Assembly: GCF_006345805.1 (NCBI RefSeq)
Contig: NW_021827556.1
Coordinates: 1 to 27,910 of the forward strand
DNA: 27,910 nt
Source of the DNA: Octopus sinensis
Lineage: Eukaryota
Direction: 5' to 3'
A program made the position numbers and the translations under genes. Under the pieces are notes generated by a model. The model did no database searches and was not told where the DNA came from. It saw only the letters and a list, made by a program, of their open reading frames with translations. This document shows, in pieces, positions 10,429 to 20,921 of this stretch (within the stretch, counting starts at the first letter, position 1; each line of letters opens with the position of its first letter).

Positions 10429-11115
10429 CTAATGTAGGATAAAATTTTTCGAAAAAGATTCCATCAATGGTCAGCATATTAAAAGAATACCTTTAAAGGT
10501 TAAATTTATAAACAATTTATGAGTAAGGGCAAAAGAAAAAAATATGCTGAAAATAGACACAACGTCAATAACCATTATAATTCGTCACTACAAGCACGTG
10601 TATGTACTTACACCCATGGACGAAGCAAACACTAAGTCATGAGCGCAACTAAGTACCCCAAATATATCCAAAATAGATACTCTCTAGCACACCTCGAGAC
10701 ACGTGCGATTCGAACTGAAAAACTCTCGTAAAGTTAGAGAGTCCGGAAGTGAACATGATTAAATTAATATCTAATGTAGGATAAAATTTTTCGAAAAAAA
10801 TTCCATGAATGGTCAGCATATTAAAAAAAATACCTTTAAAGGTTAAACTTATAAACAATTTATAAATAAGGGCAAAAGAAAAAAATTTCTAATGCCAAAA
10901 TGGGTGTAAGTAAGTATTTCATTTATTTCTTTTCCGCATTTATCACTGATGAAGGGAAGGTTCTTATGAACTAACTCTGAAATCGGGTCCGATATGGTAA
11001 TAGCGGGATTTTTTTAGAAATTTCTGTCGGCTTTCTTCAAAATATGTGCTTGTAGTGACGAATTATAATGGTTTTTGGCATTAGAAATTTTTTCTTTTGC
11101 CGCTACTTATAAATT

Positions 11116-11120
<5 letters not shown>
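10425..11120. mobile_element. Hammerhead-carrying repeat with partial-tandem plus inverted architecture (Penelope pseudo-LTR or retrozyme-like)
   Basis: Direct repeat 10425-10542 / 10767-10885. Segment 10901-11120 is an inverted copy (10851-10900 vs 11072-11120; 10572-10597 vs 11047-11072; 10604-10615 vs 10901-10912). Another fragment is at 12870-12926. Confidence 0.7.
10932..11008 (+). ncRNA. Type I hammerhead ribozyme motif; predicted cleavage 3' of A10994 (AUA triplet)
   Basis: Stem I UUAUCA 10940-45 / UGGUAA 10995-11000, extended by UUCCGC/GCGGGA. Core CUGAUGA 10946-52. Stem II AGGG/CUCU with an inner GUUC-UUAU-GAAC hairpin. GAAA 10979-82. Stem III AUCGG-GU-CCGAU; H17 = A. Confidence 0.8.
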
Positions 11121-11212
<92 letters not shown>

Positions 11213-11248
11213 TATTAATATATTTACATATACATATAATATATACAT

Positions 11249-11292
<44 letters not shown>

Positions 11293-11368
11293 CATATTTA
11301 CATATATATATATACTATCATATATATATATAAATATAACATATATATATATATATTTACATATACAT
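11120..11368. repeat. (TA)n microsatellite
   Basis: Seen directly. Confidence 0.95.
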
Positions 11369-12101
11369 ACTTTGATACTTTGATAGGTTTCGGCCATTAT
11401 TGGCCCAGGCCATGTCTAACTTAATAGCACCACCTGGTGAAGTCTTCAAGTCAGAATTTGGGCACTATGGCCCACTCAAGTAGAGAGTTATTGTTTACAG
11501 AGACATATCCGGGTGTAGGGGGTTTATCCGGATTTCTTGAAGGAATCTGTCCAAGACTTCTTGAACCCTATGGGGTCAGTTTCTTTTTAATGTGTTTTGG
11601 TATAATGTTAAAGAGAGCGGGGCCAATTGAGGTGAAATAATTGTGCCGTATTGTTGTTATGAGATGAGAGTGCGATTTTTGTTTTTGGGCGGATGGCACG
11701 GGGCCCAAGCCTTGGATGTACCTTAAAGGTGATGCCAACATCATTTGGGCAATGCTGATGGAATATTTTCCACATCATGCAGATGATGTAGCGCTCACGA
11801 CGACGTTGGAGAGAATAGAGTTTTAGCTTTTCTAGCCGACCCCAATAGTCAAGGCCTGTCATGCCATCTATCTTTTTTGTGATTGCCCTTTGAGGTGCTT
11901 CAACTTTTATGATACCTTGTATTGTGTGGGGAGACCACAGTGGACAACAGTATTCAAGGTGGGGTCGGGCAAAAGTGGAGAAGAGAAGGATAATGGTGTG
12001 GATATCTCTCGACTGGAAAGTTCTGAGAATCCAGGAACACATTCTGCGGCCATGTCAACTTTGGTGTTTATATGAGTGGCCCAGCTTACGTGTTGTCCAC
12101 A
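11369..12101 (-). mobile_element. 5'-truncated CR1/L2-group LINE: ORF2 C-terminal region (frameshifted), 3' UTR and (TATCAAAG)n tail
   Basis: ORF 11608-12042 FSTFARPHLEYCCPLWSP...EAPQRAITKKI.G...LDYWGRLEKLKLYSLQRRRER matches the post-RT motif RPHLEY...WSP...E.VQRRA of this group. It continues in other frames to PDKPPTPGY..NSLLEW. A tandem 8-bp tail is at 11369-11386. Confidence 0.9.
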
Positions 12102-12113
12102 ATATATATATAC

Positions 12114-12147
<34 letters not shown>

Positions 12148-12188
12148 TTACATATACATTATATATATATACATATACATATATATAT

Positions 12189-12219
<31 letters not shown>

Positions 12220-12335
12220 ATATATATATATATATATTTACATATACATATATATATATACATATACATATATATATATACATATACATATATACATATA
12301 CATATATATATATACATATACATATATACATATAT

Positions 12336-12409
<74 letters not shown>
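12102..12409. repeat. (TA)n/(TACA)n microsatellite
   Basis: Seen directly. Confidence 0.95.
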
Positions 12410-12413
<4 letters not shown>

Positions 12414-12612
12414 ATCCAAACAAGAAAACACAAAAAACACAGCAACGCGAGGACGTGAAACAAATAAAGTATTATTGGACGCTCAGGAAAGAAGGGAAGA
12501 AGGAGGGTTTGACGTTTCGAGCAGAGCTCCTCGTTGGAAACAAAGGAAAAGGAAAGATCCCAAGAAGGGAAGACAGAGGAAAAAAAATTGCTGGCGGTGC
12601 TCACGAGGTCAC
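12410..12612 (-). mobile_element. ~200-bp repeat with a minimal hammerhead-like motif (copy 1)
   Basis: Closely matches 19357-19561; both copies sit in (TA)n; motif at 12507-12541. Confidence 0.7.
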
Positions 12613-12649
12613 ATATATATATATATATAAGTATATGTATAAATATATA

Positions 12650-12800
12650 TGGCTGTGTGGTTAGGGAGCTTGCTTCCTAGCTATATGGTTTCGGGTTCAG
12701 TCCCACTGCGTGGCACATTGGGTAGGTGTCTTCCACTATAGCCCCGAGCTGACCGGAGCTTTGTGATTGAATTCGGTAGGTGGAAGTTACTGCCGTGTGT
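12650..12800 (+). mobile_element. Diverged 5' fragment of the dominant SINE
   Basis: TGGCTGTGTGG A box and GGGTTCAGTCCCACTGCGTGGCAC B box; it is the reverse complement of the heads at 17040-17125. Confidence 0.8.
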
Positions 12801-13026
12801 GTATATGTACGTGTAGGTGCTTGTGCCTCTCCGAAAGAGAGAGAGAGAGGGGTATGTATATATATATATAAATAATTTATAAGTAAGGGCAAAAGAAAAA
12901 ATTTCTAATGCCAAAAACCATTATAAATACATAAATGTATGTGTATATACACACACACAGAGAAATGTATATAAGTGCACATATACATTACATACATATG
13001 CATGCATTTATATATATATATATATA

Positions 13027-13406
13027 CTAGCAGTATCGCCCGGCATTGCTCGGGTTTGTAAGGGAAATAACTATAAAGCATTTTTAGAGAGTTATAGCCA
13101 AAATATAGCAAAAAAATGTGAAAAAAGTTATGGTAAAATTTTTTAGAGTTAAAAAGGTGGAGTTGCGTCCCCTAGACAGTCTGTGGTTTGTTTTTGATTC
13201 TTGACCCCATGTCGAATTTATCGATTTTTTTCAGAACTGGGGGAACTTTTCAAAATTTTCACTGCGTTAGTTTTGAATTATGACATTGGGCTATGTGTGT
13301 GTCAAGTTTCATCAGAATCGGTTGAAAGCCGTAGTCAGGGTGAGGGTACAAGCAAACAGACACACAGAAACACACACAGACAAACTGCCGTTTATATAGA
13401 GAGAGA
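13027..13406 (-). mobile_element. Non-autonomous Helitron, family A
   Basis: The minus strand starts TC(TCTC)TATATAAA and ends with hairpin CCCGAGC-AAT-GCCGGG then CGATACTGCTAG; A|T target, no TSD. It is an inverted homologue of 24446-24828. Confidence 0.85.
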
Positions 13407-13411
13407 TATAG

Positions 13412-13574
13412 GTAATACTAAGCAATAAAGGGTTTAGCAACGAATTGCCTTACCACATACCGAATTTAGAAATAGCAGTCAAAGAGTTATAGCTATTTCT
13501 TCTTTGACTGCTATTTCTAAATTCGGTATGTGGTAAGGCAATTCGTTGCTAAACCCTTTATTGCTTAGTATTAC
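13412..13574. repeat. Perfect inverted repeat, 74-bp arms and 15-nt loop
   Basis: 13412-13485 is the exact reverse complement of 13501-13574. The arm is related to 25620-25690. Confidence 0.95.
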
Positions 13575-13939
13575 TTAAATTTTCCTCGAATGAGGCTTTT
13601 ACATGCCGAAGACTACTTGGTGTAATTGATAATTATTCCAAATTAATTAATTTCACCCTTCATTATTACGGATTTATATATATTATATATATATATATAT
13701 ATATTATATATTATGTATGTATGTATATATATATATATGTGTAAGCATGTGTATGCATAAGTGCAAGCAAGCATAGTTACATTTACACACACACACACAC
13801 TCCACCCCCATCCTCACCCTCACCTCTTGACTTACAGCTATATTTATGGAAACAATCCATATTTGGAGTGTAAAGGTGTGTCAAAGGTCAGACTAAAATT
13901 TGCCTTATTGATGGCTGCTAGATTTAAGATGTGTAAATA

Positions 13940-14085
13940 TGTTGTTATGGTTGTTGTTGTTGTTGTTGCTGTCATGGTTGTTTGATTATTGTTGTTGTTG
14001 TTATTGTTACTATTGTTCTTGTCTATCTATCTATCTATCTATCTATCTACCTATCTATCTATCTACCTATCTATCTATCTATCTA

Positions 14086-14157
<72 letters not shown>

Positions 14158-14160
14158 TCT
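13940..14160. repeat. (GTT)n, then (TCTA)n/(TCTG)n microsatellites
   Basis: Seen directly. Confidence 0.95.
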
Positions 14161-14164
14161 CTTC

Positions 14165-14373
14165 ACTCTTTTACTCTTTTATTTGTTTCAGTCATTTGAC
14201 TGTGGCCATGCTGGAGCACTGCCTTTAGTCGAGCAAATCGACCCGGGACTTATTCTTCGTAAGCCTAGTACTTACTCTATCGGATGCTTTTGCTGAACTG
14301 CTACGTTACGGAGACGTAAACACACCAGCATCGGTTGTCAAGCGATGTTGCGGGGACAAACACAGACACACAA

Positions 14374-14430
<57 letters not shown>

Positions 14431-14616
14431 ATATACATACATATACATATATACGATGGGCTTCTTTCAGTTTCCGTCTACGAAATCCACTCACAAGGCT
14501 TTGGTCGGCCCGAGGCTATAGTAGAAGACACTTGTCCAAGGTGCCACACAGTGGGACTGAACCTGGAAACATGTGGTTGGTAAGCAAGCTACTTACCACA
14601 CAGCCACTCCTATGCC
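14165..14616 (-). mobile_element. Full-length copy of the dominant tRNA-derived SINE
   Basis: Tail, body, (CA)n(TA)n and tRNA-like head are all present; inserted within (TCTA)n. Confidence 0.9.
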
Positions 14617-14675
14617 TATCTATCTATCTAACTATCTATCATCTATCGGTCTGTCTGTTTGTCAGTCTGTCTGTA

Positions 14676-14729
<54 letters not shown>

Positions 14730-14780
14730 ATCTATCTATCTATCTATCTATCTACACACACACACACACACACACATACA
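14617..14780. repeat. (TCTA)n and (CA)n microsatellites
   Basis: Seen directly. Confidence 0.95.
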
Positions 14781-14796
14781 CTAAAGGCAAAGTTAC

Positions 14797-14861
14797 ATAT
14801 CGCTTCTTTTCGGTGATTCTTTCCACCATACTTTATGTCAGTCAAAAGACAAGTTATTATT
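14797..14861 (-). other. Candidate small host-gene exon (65 nt)
   Basis: Minus strand: polypyrimidine tract TTTGTATCTCTTCTCTTCATTAG | exon | GTAACT. It could read IITCLLTDIKYGGKNHRKEAI, or start at aagtATGG to give MVERITEKKRY. No homology recognised. Confidence 0.3.
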
Positions 14862-15106
14862 CTAATGAAGAGAAGAGATACAAAGAATTAAAAACATGGT
14901 TTGAAAGAGAGAGACGAAAGCTAATCATTGTCGGACAACAATTGCCAAACTCAGAAAATACTTTCAGAAAAAAAAATAAAACAGCAAACCATTTAGCTTT
15001 TATGATCCATTTTGAATTCTGTATTTATCCTCATCCACCACTTTTTATTCTCGGAGGCCTTCACCCTCACAACATACTCACTATCTAAATCTGTCGTTAT
15101 CATTCA

Positions 15107-16279
15107 CTAGCAGTATAGCCCTGTGTTGCTCGGGTTTGTTTTCTTTTCGACCCTTTAGATTTGGAATTTTTGAAAAGTAAGAATTTTGCATTATGTAGCT
15201 TGTTATTCTCTTTAAGTGAACATTTTTCTGGTTGAAATACACCGAAAAATGGCGACACAGCAGTCAAAAAATCGTAAAAAATAGGGATTTTCATAGAAAA
15301 AAAAGCACCTTTTTTGATGTAAATAATTTTTGGTGTTAACATGGTCCGATTTGAAATTTATCTTCTACGGAAGGAAGAGCAAGCCTTCTTCTATCATACT
15401 CTCAATTTTGGTCAACTTGCACAGCAGGGTCTCGGAGGAGATAGTGTAAGTTGAAGGCTACCAAACCTGCCGTACACAGACAACTTCAGCATTATATATA
15501 TACTAGCAGTATCGCCCGGCATTGCTCGGGTTTGTTTCGACCCTTTAGAACTGGAATTTTTGAAAAGTAAAAATTTTGCATCATGTAGCTTGTTATTCTC
15601 TTTAAGTGAACATTTTTCTGGTTGAAATACACCGAAAATGGCGACACAGCAGTAAAAAAAATCGTAAAAAGTAGGGATTTTCATAGAAACACCTTTTTGA
15701 TGTAAGTAATTTTTGGTGTTAACATGGTCCGATTTGAATTTTTTCTTCTATGGAAGGAAGAGCAAGCCTTCTTCTATCATACTCTCAATTTTGGTCAACT
15801 TTTGTCACAGGGTCTCGGAGGAGATAGTGTTAGTTGAAGGCTACCAAACCTGCCATACACAGACAACTCCAGCTTTATATATATATATACTAGCAGTATC
15901 GCCCGGCATTGCTCGTGTTTGTTTCGACCCTTTAGAATTGGAATTTTTGAAAAATAAAAATTTTGCATTATGTAGCTTGTTATTCTCTTTAAGTGAACAT
16001 TTTTCTGGTTGAAATTCACCAAAAAATGGCGACACAGCAGTCAAAAAATCGTAAAATATAGGGATTTTCATAGAAAAAACCCCCACCTTTTGATGTAAAT
16101 AATTTTTGTGTTAACATGGTTCGATTTGAATTTTTTCTTCTACGGAATGAAGAGCAAGCCTTCTTCTATCATACTCTCAATTTTGATCAACTTGCGCCGC
16201 AGGGTCTCGGAGGAGATAGTGTTAGTTGAAGGCTACCAAACCTGCCACACACAAACAACTTCAGCTTTATATATAAAGA
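15107..16279 (-). mobile_element. Three head-to-tail copies (~390 bp) of a non-autonomous Helitron, family C
   Basis: CTAGCAGTAT.GCCC 3' ends at 15107, 15503 and 15890; a single TC 5' end at 16279-16278; A|T target. Confidence 0.85.
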
Positions 16280-16366
16280 TTGCAATCCCTCAAACTTCAT
16301 CATCGGCGATATTTTTTTTTTGTCTTTTTGTCAGTTCTATTACTCACTGAAGGGATAACATCTGTA

Positions 16367-18661
16367 GGTGATCTTTCGTCTCTAGTAGACCTTTCCGTCG
16401 ATTTCCGTAAACATTTTTTTTTTTTACATATGGGCTTGCGGGAACTTTTGAAGTAATATACATACATATACACATACACCGAGTAAAAAATTTCAGTTAT
16501 CTCTTTCTTTCACACATTACTCTCTCTGTCTCTTCACACACACTAACAGAAGCACTTCACTTACACAACATACTGTCTGTCTCCCACACCCCATCAAACA
16601 CACACACACACACATGTCCATCAATGCTCCCATGCACGGTAACTTCAAAAGAACTTCCCTCGTCATACAATTGCTTTCTCTTAGTCTCTTTCGCTCTCAT
16701 TACTTCAAAAGTTCCCGCAAGCCCATACTCTCTCTCTTTACTTGTTTCAATCATTTGACTGCGGCCATGCTGGAGCACCGCCTTTAGTCGAGCAAATCGA
16801 CCCCAGGACTTATTCTTTGTAAGCCCAGTACTTATTCTATCGGTCTCTTTTGCCGAACCGCTAAGTGACGGGGACATAAACACACCAGCATCGATTGTCA
16901 AGCAATGCTAGGGGGACAAACACAAACACACATACACACACACATATATATATATACATATATATGACAGGCTTCTTTCAGTTTCCGCCTACCAAATCCA
17001 CTCACAAGGCATTGGTCGGCCCGGGGCTATAGCAGAAGACACTTGCCCAAGATGCCACGCAGTGGGACTGAACCCGGAACCATGTGGTTGGTTAGCAAAC
17101 TACTTACCACACACCCACTCCTACGCCTATTTATATACATATATACGACAGGCTTCTTTCAGTTTCCGTCTACCAAATCCACTCACAAGGCATTGGTCGG
17201 CCCGGGGCTATAGCAGAAGACACTTGCCCAAGATGCCACGCAGTGGGACTGAACCCGGAACCATGTGGTTGGTTAGCAAACTACTTACCACACAGCCACT
17301 CCTACGCCTATTTATATACATATATACGACAGGCTTCTTTCAGTTTCCATCTACCAAATCCACTCACAAGGCATTGGTCGGCCCGGGGCTATAGCAGAAG
17401 ACACTTGCCCAAGATGCCACGCAGTGGGACTGAACCCGGAACCATGTGGTTGGTTAGCAAGCTACTTACCACACACCCACTCCTACGCCTATTTATATAC
17501 ATATATACGACAGGCTTCTTTCAGTTTCCGTCTACCAAATCCACTCACAAGGCATTGGTCGGCCCGGGGCTATAGCAGAAGACACTTGCCCAATGCCACG
17601 CAGTGGGACTGAACCCGGAACCATGTGGTTGGTTAGCAAACTACTTACCACACAGCCACTCCTACGCCTATTTATATACATATATACGACAGGCTTCTTT
17701 CAGTTTCCATCTACCAAATCCACTCACAAGCATTGGTCGGCCCGGGGCTATAGCAGAAGACACTTGCCCAAGATGCCACGCAGTGGGACTGAACCCGGAA
17801 CCATGTGGTTGGTTAGCAAGCTACTTACCACACAGCCACTCCTACGCCTATTTATATACATATATACGACAGGCTTCTTTCAGTTTCCATCTACCAAATC
17901 CACTCACAAGGCATTGGTCGGCCCGGGGCTATAGCAGAAGACACTTGCCCAAGATGCCACGCAGTGGGACTGAACCCGGAACCATGTGGTTGGTTAGCAA
18001 GCTACTTACCACACGGCCACTCCTGCGCCTATTTATATACATATATACGACAGGCTTCTTTCAGTTTCCATCTACCAAATCCACTCACAAGGCATTGGTC
18101 GGCCCGGGGCTATAGCAGAAGACACTTGCCCAAGATGCCACGCAGTGGGACTGAACCCGGAACCATGTGGTTGGTTAGCAAGCTACTTACCACACACCCA
18201 CTCCTGCGCCTATTTATATACATATATACGACAGGCTTCTTTCAGTTTCCGTCTACCAAATCCACTCACAAGGCATTGGTCGGCCCGGGGCTATAGCAGA
18301 AGACACTTGCCCAAGATGCCACGCAGTGGACTGAACCGGAACCATGTGGTTGGTTAGCAAACTACTTACCACACAGCCACTCCTACGCCTATTTATATAC
18401 ATATATACGACAGGCTTCTTTCAGTTTCCATCTACCAAATCCACTCACAAGGCATTGGTCGGCCCGGGGCTATAGCAGAAGACACTTGCCCAAGATGCCA
18501 CGCAGTGGGACTGAACCCGGAACCATGTGGTTGGTTAGCAAGCTACTTACCACACAGCCACTCCTACGCCTATATATATATGTAAAAAAAAGCCCATATG
18601 CAAAAAAAAAATTTTTTTTACGGAAATCGACGGAAAGATCTACTAGAGACGAAAGATTGCC
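16367..18661. mobile_element. Mutator-like MITE with ~90-bp TIRs; right TIR split by the SINE array
   Basis: Left TIR 16367-16457; right TIR in two parts, 16699-16727 and ~18580-18661. Termini are GG...CC. The 9-bp flanks are ACATCTGTA (16358-66) and ACATCTGTG (18662-70). Confidence 0.75.
16735..18571 (-). mobile_element. Dominant SINE with its 5' ~181 bp amplified to 9 tandem copies
   Basis: One tail/body (16735-16965), then GACAGGCTTCTTTCAG units at 16966, 17147, 17328, 17509, 17688, 17868, 18049, 18230, 18409. Confidence 0.92.
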
Positions 18662-19061
18662 ACATCTGTGTCTAGGGCAGATATTCTGAAGCTCTGCCAC
18701 CGATTTATCAATTTTTCATTAAATCAAGTTATTTCAATATCACTCTCTGCTCCAGTTGCTTGCTCTGCGGTTTATTTTAATCATCATTGTACACAAACAA
18801 ATCTATTCTGATATTATTTTTAAATATAAATGAAAATCCTTTAGAATGAATACAGCACGAAGAAGCTTTTTTATAAAGAATCTTGCAATCAAGGATTCAT
18901 AACATTGAATATTTTTAAACTAAAATTTACGGCTGTAATATTTATGGTTTGTTTTATTCCACACAACTATAATAAACCTTCATCATTTTTTTGGCAGCAT
19001 CTACGTCAGGTGTTTCATAATGATTTGTACACTATGTACCACACCATACCCACACAACACG

Positions 19062-19097
<36 letters not shown>

Positions 19098-19104
19098 ATA
19101 TATA

Positions 19105-19332
19105 TAGGCCGATGAAGGACAATGAAGGCCGATGAAGGACAATGATCCTGAAACATGTGTCCCTAGATGCAGCTCCGGGGGCCGGGGGTGTTTGTCTCCC
19201 CTTCGTAAATGTATATAAGGACACAGGGAAAAATGTGTCAAAGCCATCAGGAGGCGTCGATGCTTCTTAGGGCTATACAGCGGTGGTGTACCCCCCTACT
19301 GTCACGTTCATGTTAGATTGACAGTATACAAC
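19105..19332 (+). mobile_element. Short repeat-like segment beginning with a hammerhead-like motif (19126-19165)
   Basis: AGG-CCGAUGA-AGGA caauga UCCU-GAAA-CAUGU-GUC-CCU; 20-bp tandem duplication at 19106-19145; abuts (TA)n. Confidence 0.55.
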
Positions 19333-19356
19333 CATTCTCTCTCTCTATATATATAA

Positions 19357-19561
19357 AGTTAATCCAAACAAGAAAACACAAAAAAAACACAGCAACGCGA
19401 GGACGTGGAACAAATAAAGTATTATTGGCCGCTCAGGAAAGAAGGGAAGAAGGAGGGTTTAACGTTTCGAGCGGAGCTCTTCGTCGGAAACATAGGAGAA
19501 GGAAAGATCCTGAGAAGGGAAGACAGAGGAAAAAAATCGGCAGCGGTACCCACGAGGTCAA
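19357..19561 (-). mobile_element. ~200-bp repeat with a minimal hammerhead-like motif (copy 2)
   Basis: Homologous to 12410-12612; motif at 19457-19491. Confidence 0.7.
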
Positions 19562-19567
19562 ATATTG

Positions 19568-19596
<29 letters not shown>

Positions 19597-19600
<4 letters not shown>

Positions 19601-20215
19601 CCTCATCATCATCGTTTAACGTCCGTTTTCCATGCTAGCATGGGTTGGACGGATCAACCAGGATCTGGGAAGCCAGAAGGCTGCACCAGGCTCCAGTTTG
19701 ATCTGGCAGTGTTTCTACAGCTCGATGCCCTTCCTAACGCCAACCACTCTGTGAGTGTAGTGGGTGCTTTTTGCGTGCCACCAGCACAGGGGCCAGAGGA
19801 AGCTGGCAAACAGCCACGATCGGTTGGTGCTTTTACGTGTCACCGACATGGACGCCAGTCAGGCGGCGCTGGCGTCTGCTACGTTCGGACGGTGCTTTTT
19901 ATGTGTCACCAGCACGGGTACCTTAACTACAATTTCCATTTGATTTTCATTTTGATGTTGGTGTTGATGTACTTGACTCAATAGGTCTCCTCAAGAACAG
20001 CGGGTCACTCTACGATCCAAGGTTAGCACAGCAGGCCATTCCATGAGCCATGAACTCACTTCATTTGTCGGGTCTTCACAGTCACAGCATATCTCAGAAG
20101 TCTCGGTCTTCATCATTTCCTCTCTGAGGCCCTACGTGCCACCAACATGGTTATCACAACTACAATATCCCTACAATTTTATTTTGATGTTGATGAACTT
20201 GACTCAATTATGTCT
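19597..20215 (-). mobile_element. (ATG)n-tailed retroposon (RTE-like 3' end), non-coding
   Basis: CATCATCGTTTAACGTCCG.TTTCCATGCT.GCATGGGTTGGACGG and GATGCCCTTC.TAA.GCCAACCACTC are shared, inverted, with 24975-25134. Confidence 0.75.
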
Positions 20216-20472
20216 CATATATATATATATATATATCTATATATATATTATATATATATACATATGTATATATATATATACATATATATATACATATATA
20301 TATATATAATATATATATATATCTATATATATCTATATATATATATATAGATATATATATATATATGCATATATATATATGCATATATATATATATATAT
20401 AATATATATATTATATATATATATATATATATGCATATATATATATGCAATATATATATATTATATATATAT

Positions 20473-20511
<39 letters not shown>

Positions 20512-20626
20512 GGATAAAACTTACTTGGAAAAGGGATGAGTGGCATTCGATCATATAATAATATAAATAATATATAAATATATGCATACATACATACATA
20601 CATATATGTACATACCTACATATATA
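20216..20626. repeat. (TA)n-dominated microsatellite
   Basis: Seen directly. Confidence 0.95.
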
Positions 20627-20921
20627 CAAACAGAGAAACGAAACGTGCGACATAAGGAATATTCCCTTTCGTCAGTTGTCCCTGTTTCGTCTACTCCACG
20701 TATCTAAGGCAAGGACAATATGCAGCTTCGTAGAAACAGTCCTTCCCGCAAAGCAAATTAAATTAAATAAAATTTGGGATTTTTCGCGGAGGGTGAACAT
20801 GGTAACAAGAACAGGACAGTGAGAACAAGACAGTAAAAAAATTGAGTTTATCTGGTGGGGACTGGGTTCAATCCTTCAACACACCGTTGATGTTTGGCCT
20901 ACACAATAAGCATACTCTTTT

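Noticed and set aside
17062-18357. Repeated 110-170 aa ORFs
   Set aside because: Antisense translations of tandem SINE heads.
20629-20700. Minus-strand CUGACGA followed by an AGGG-AAUAUU-CCUU hairpin
   Set aside because: The hairpin is not followed by GAAA/UH. It may be a relic in another repeat family but cannot be supported from this copy.
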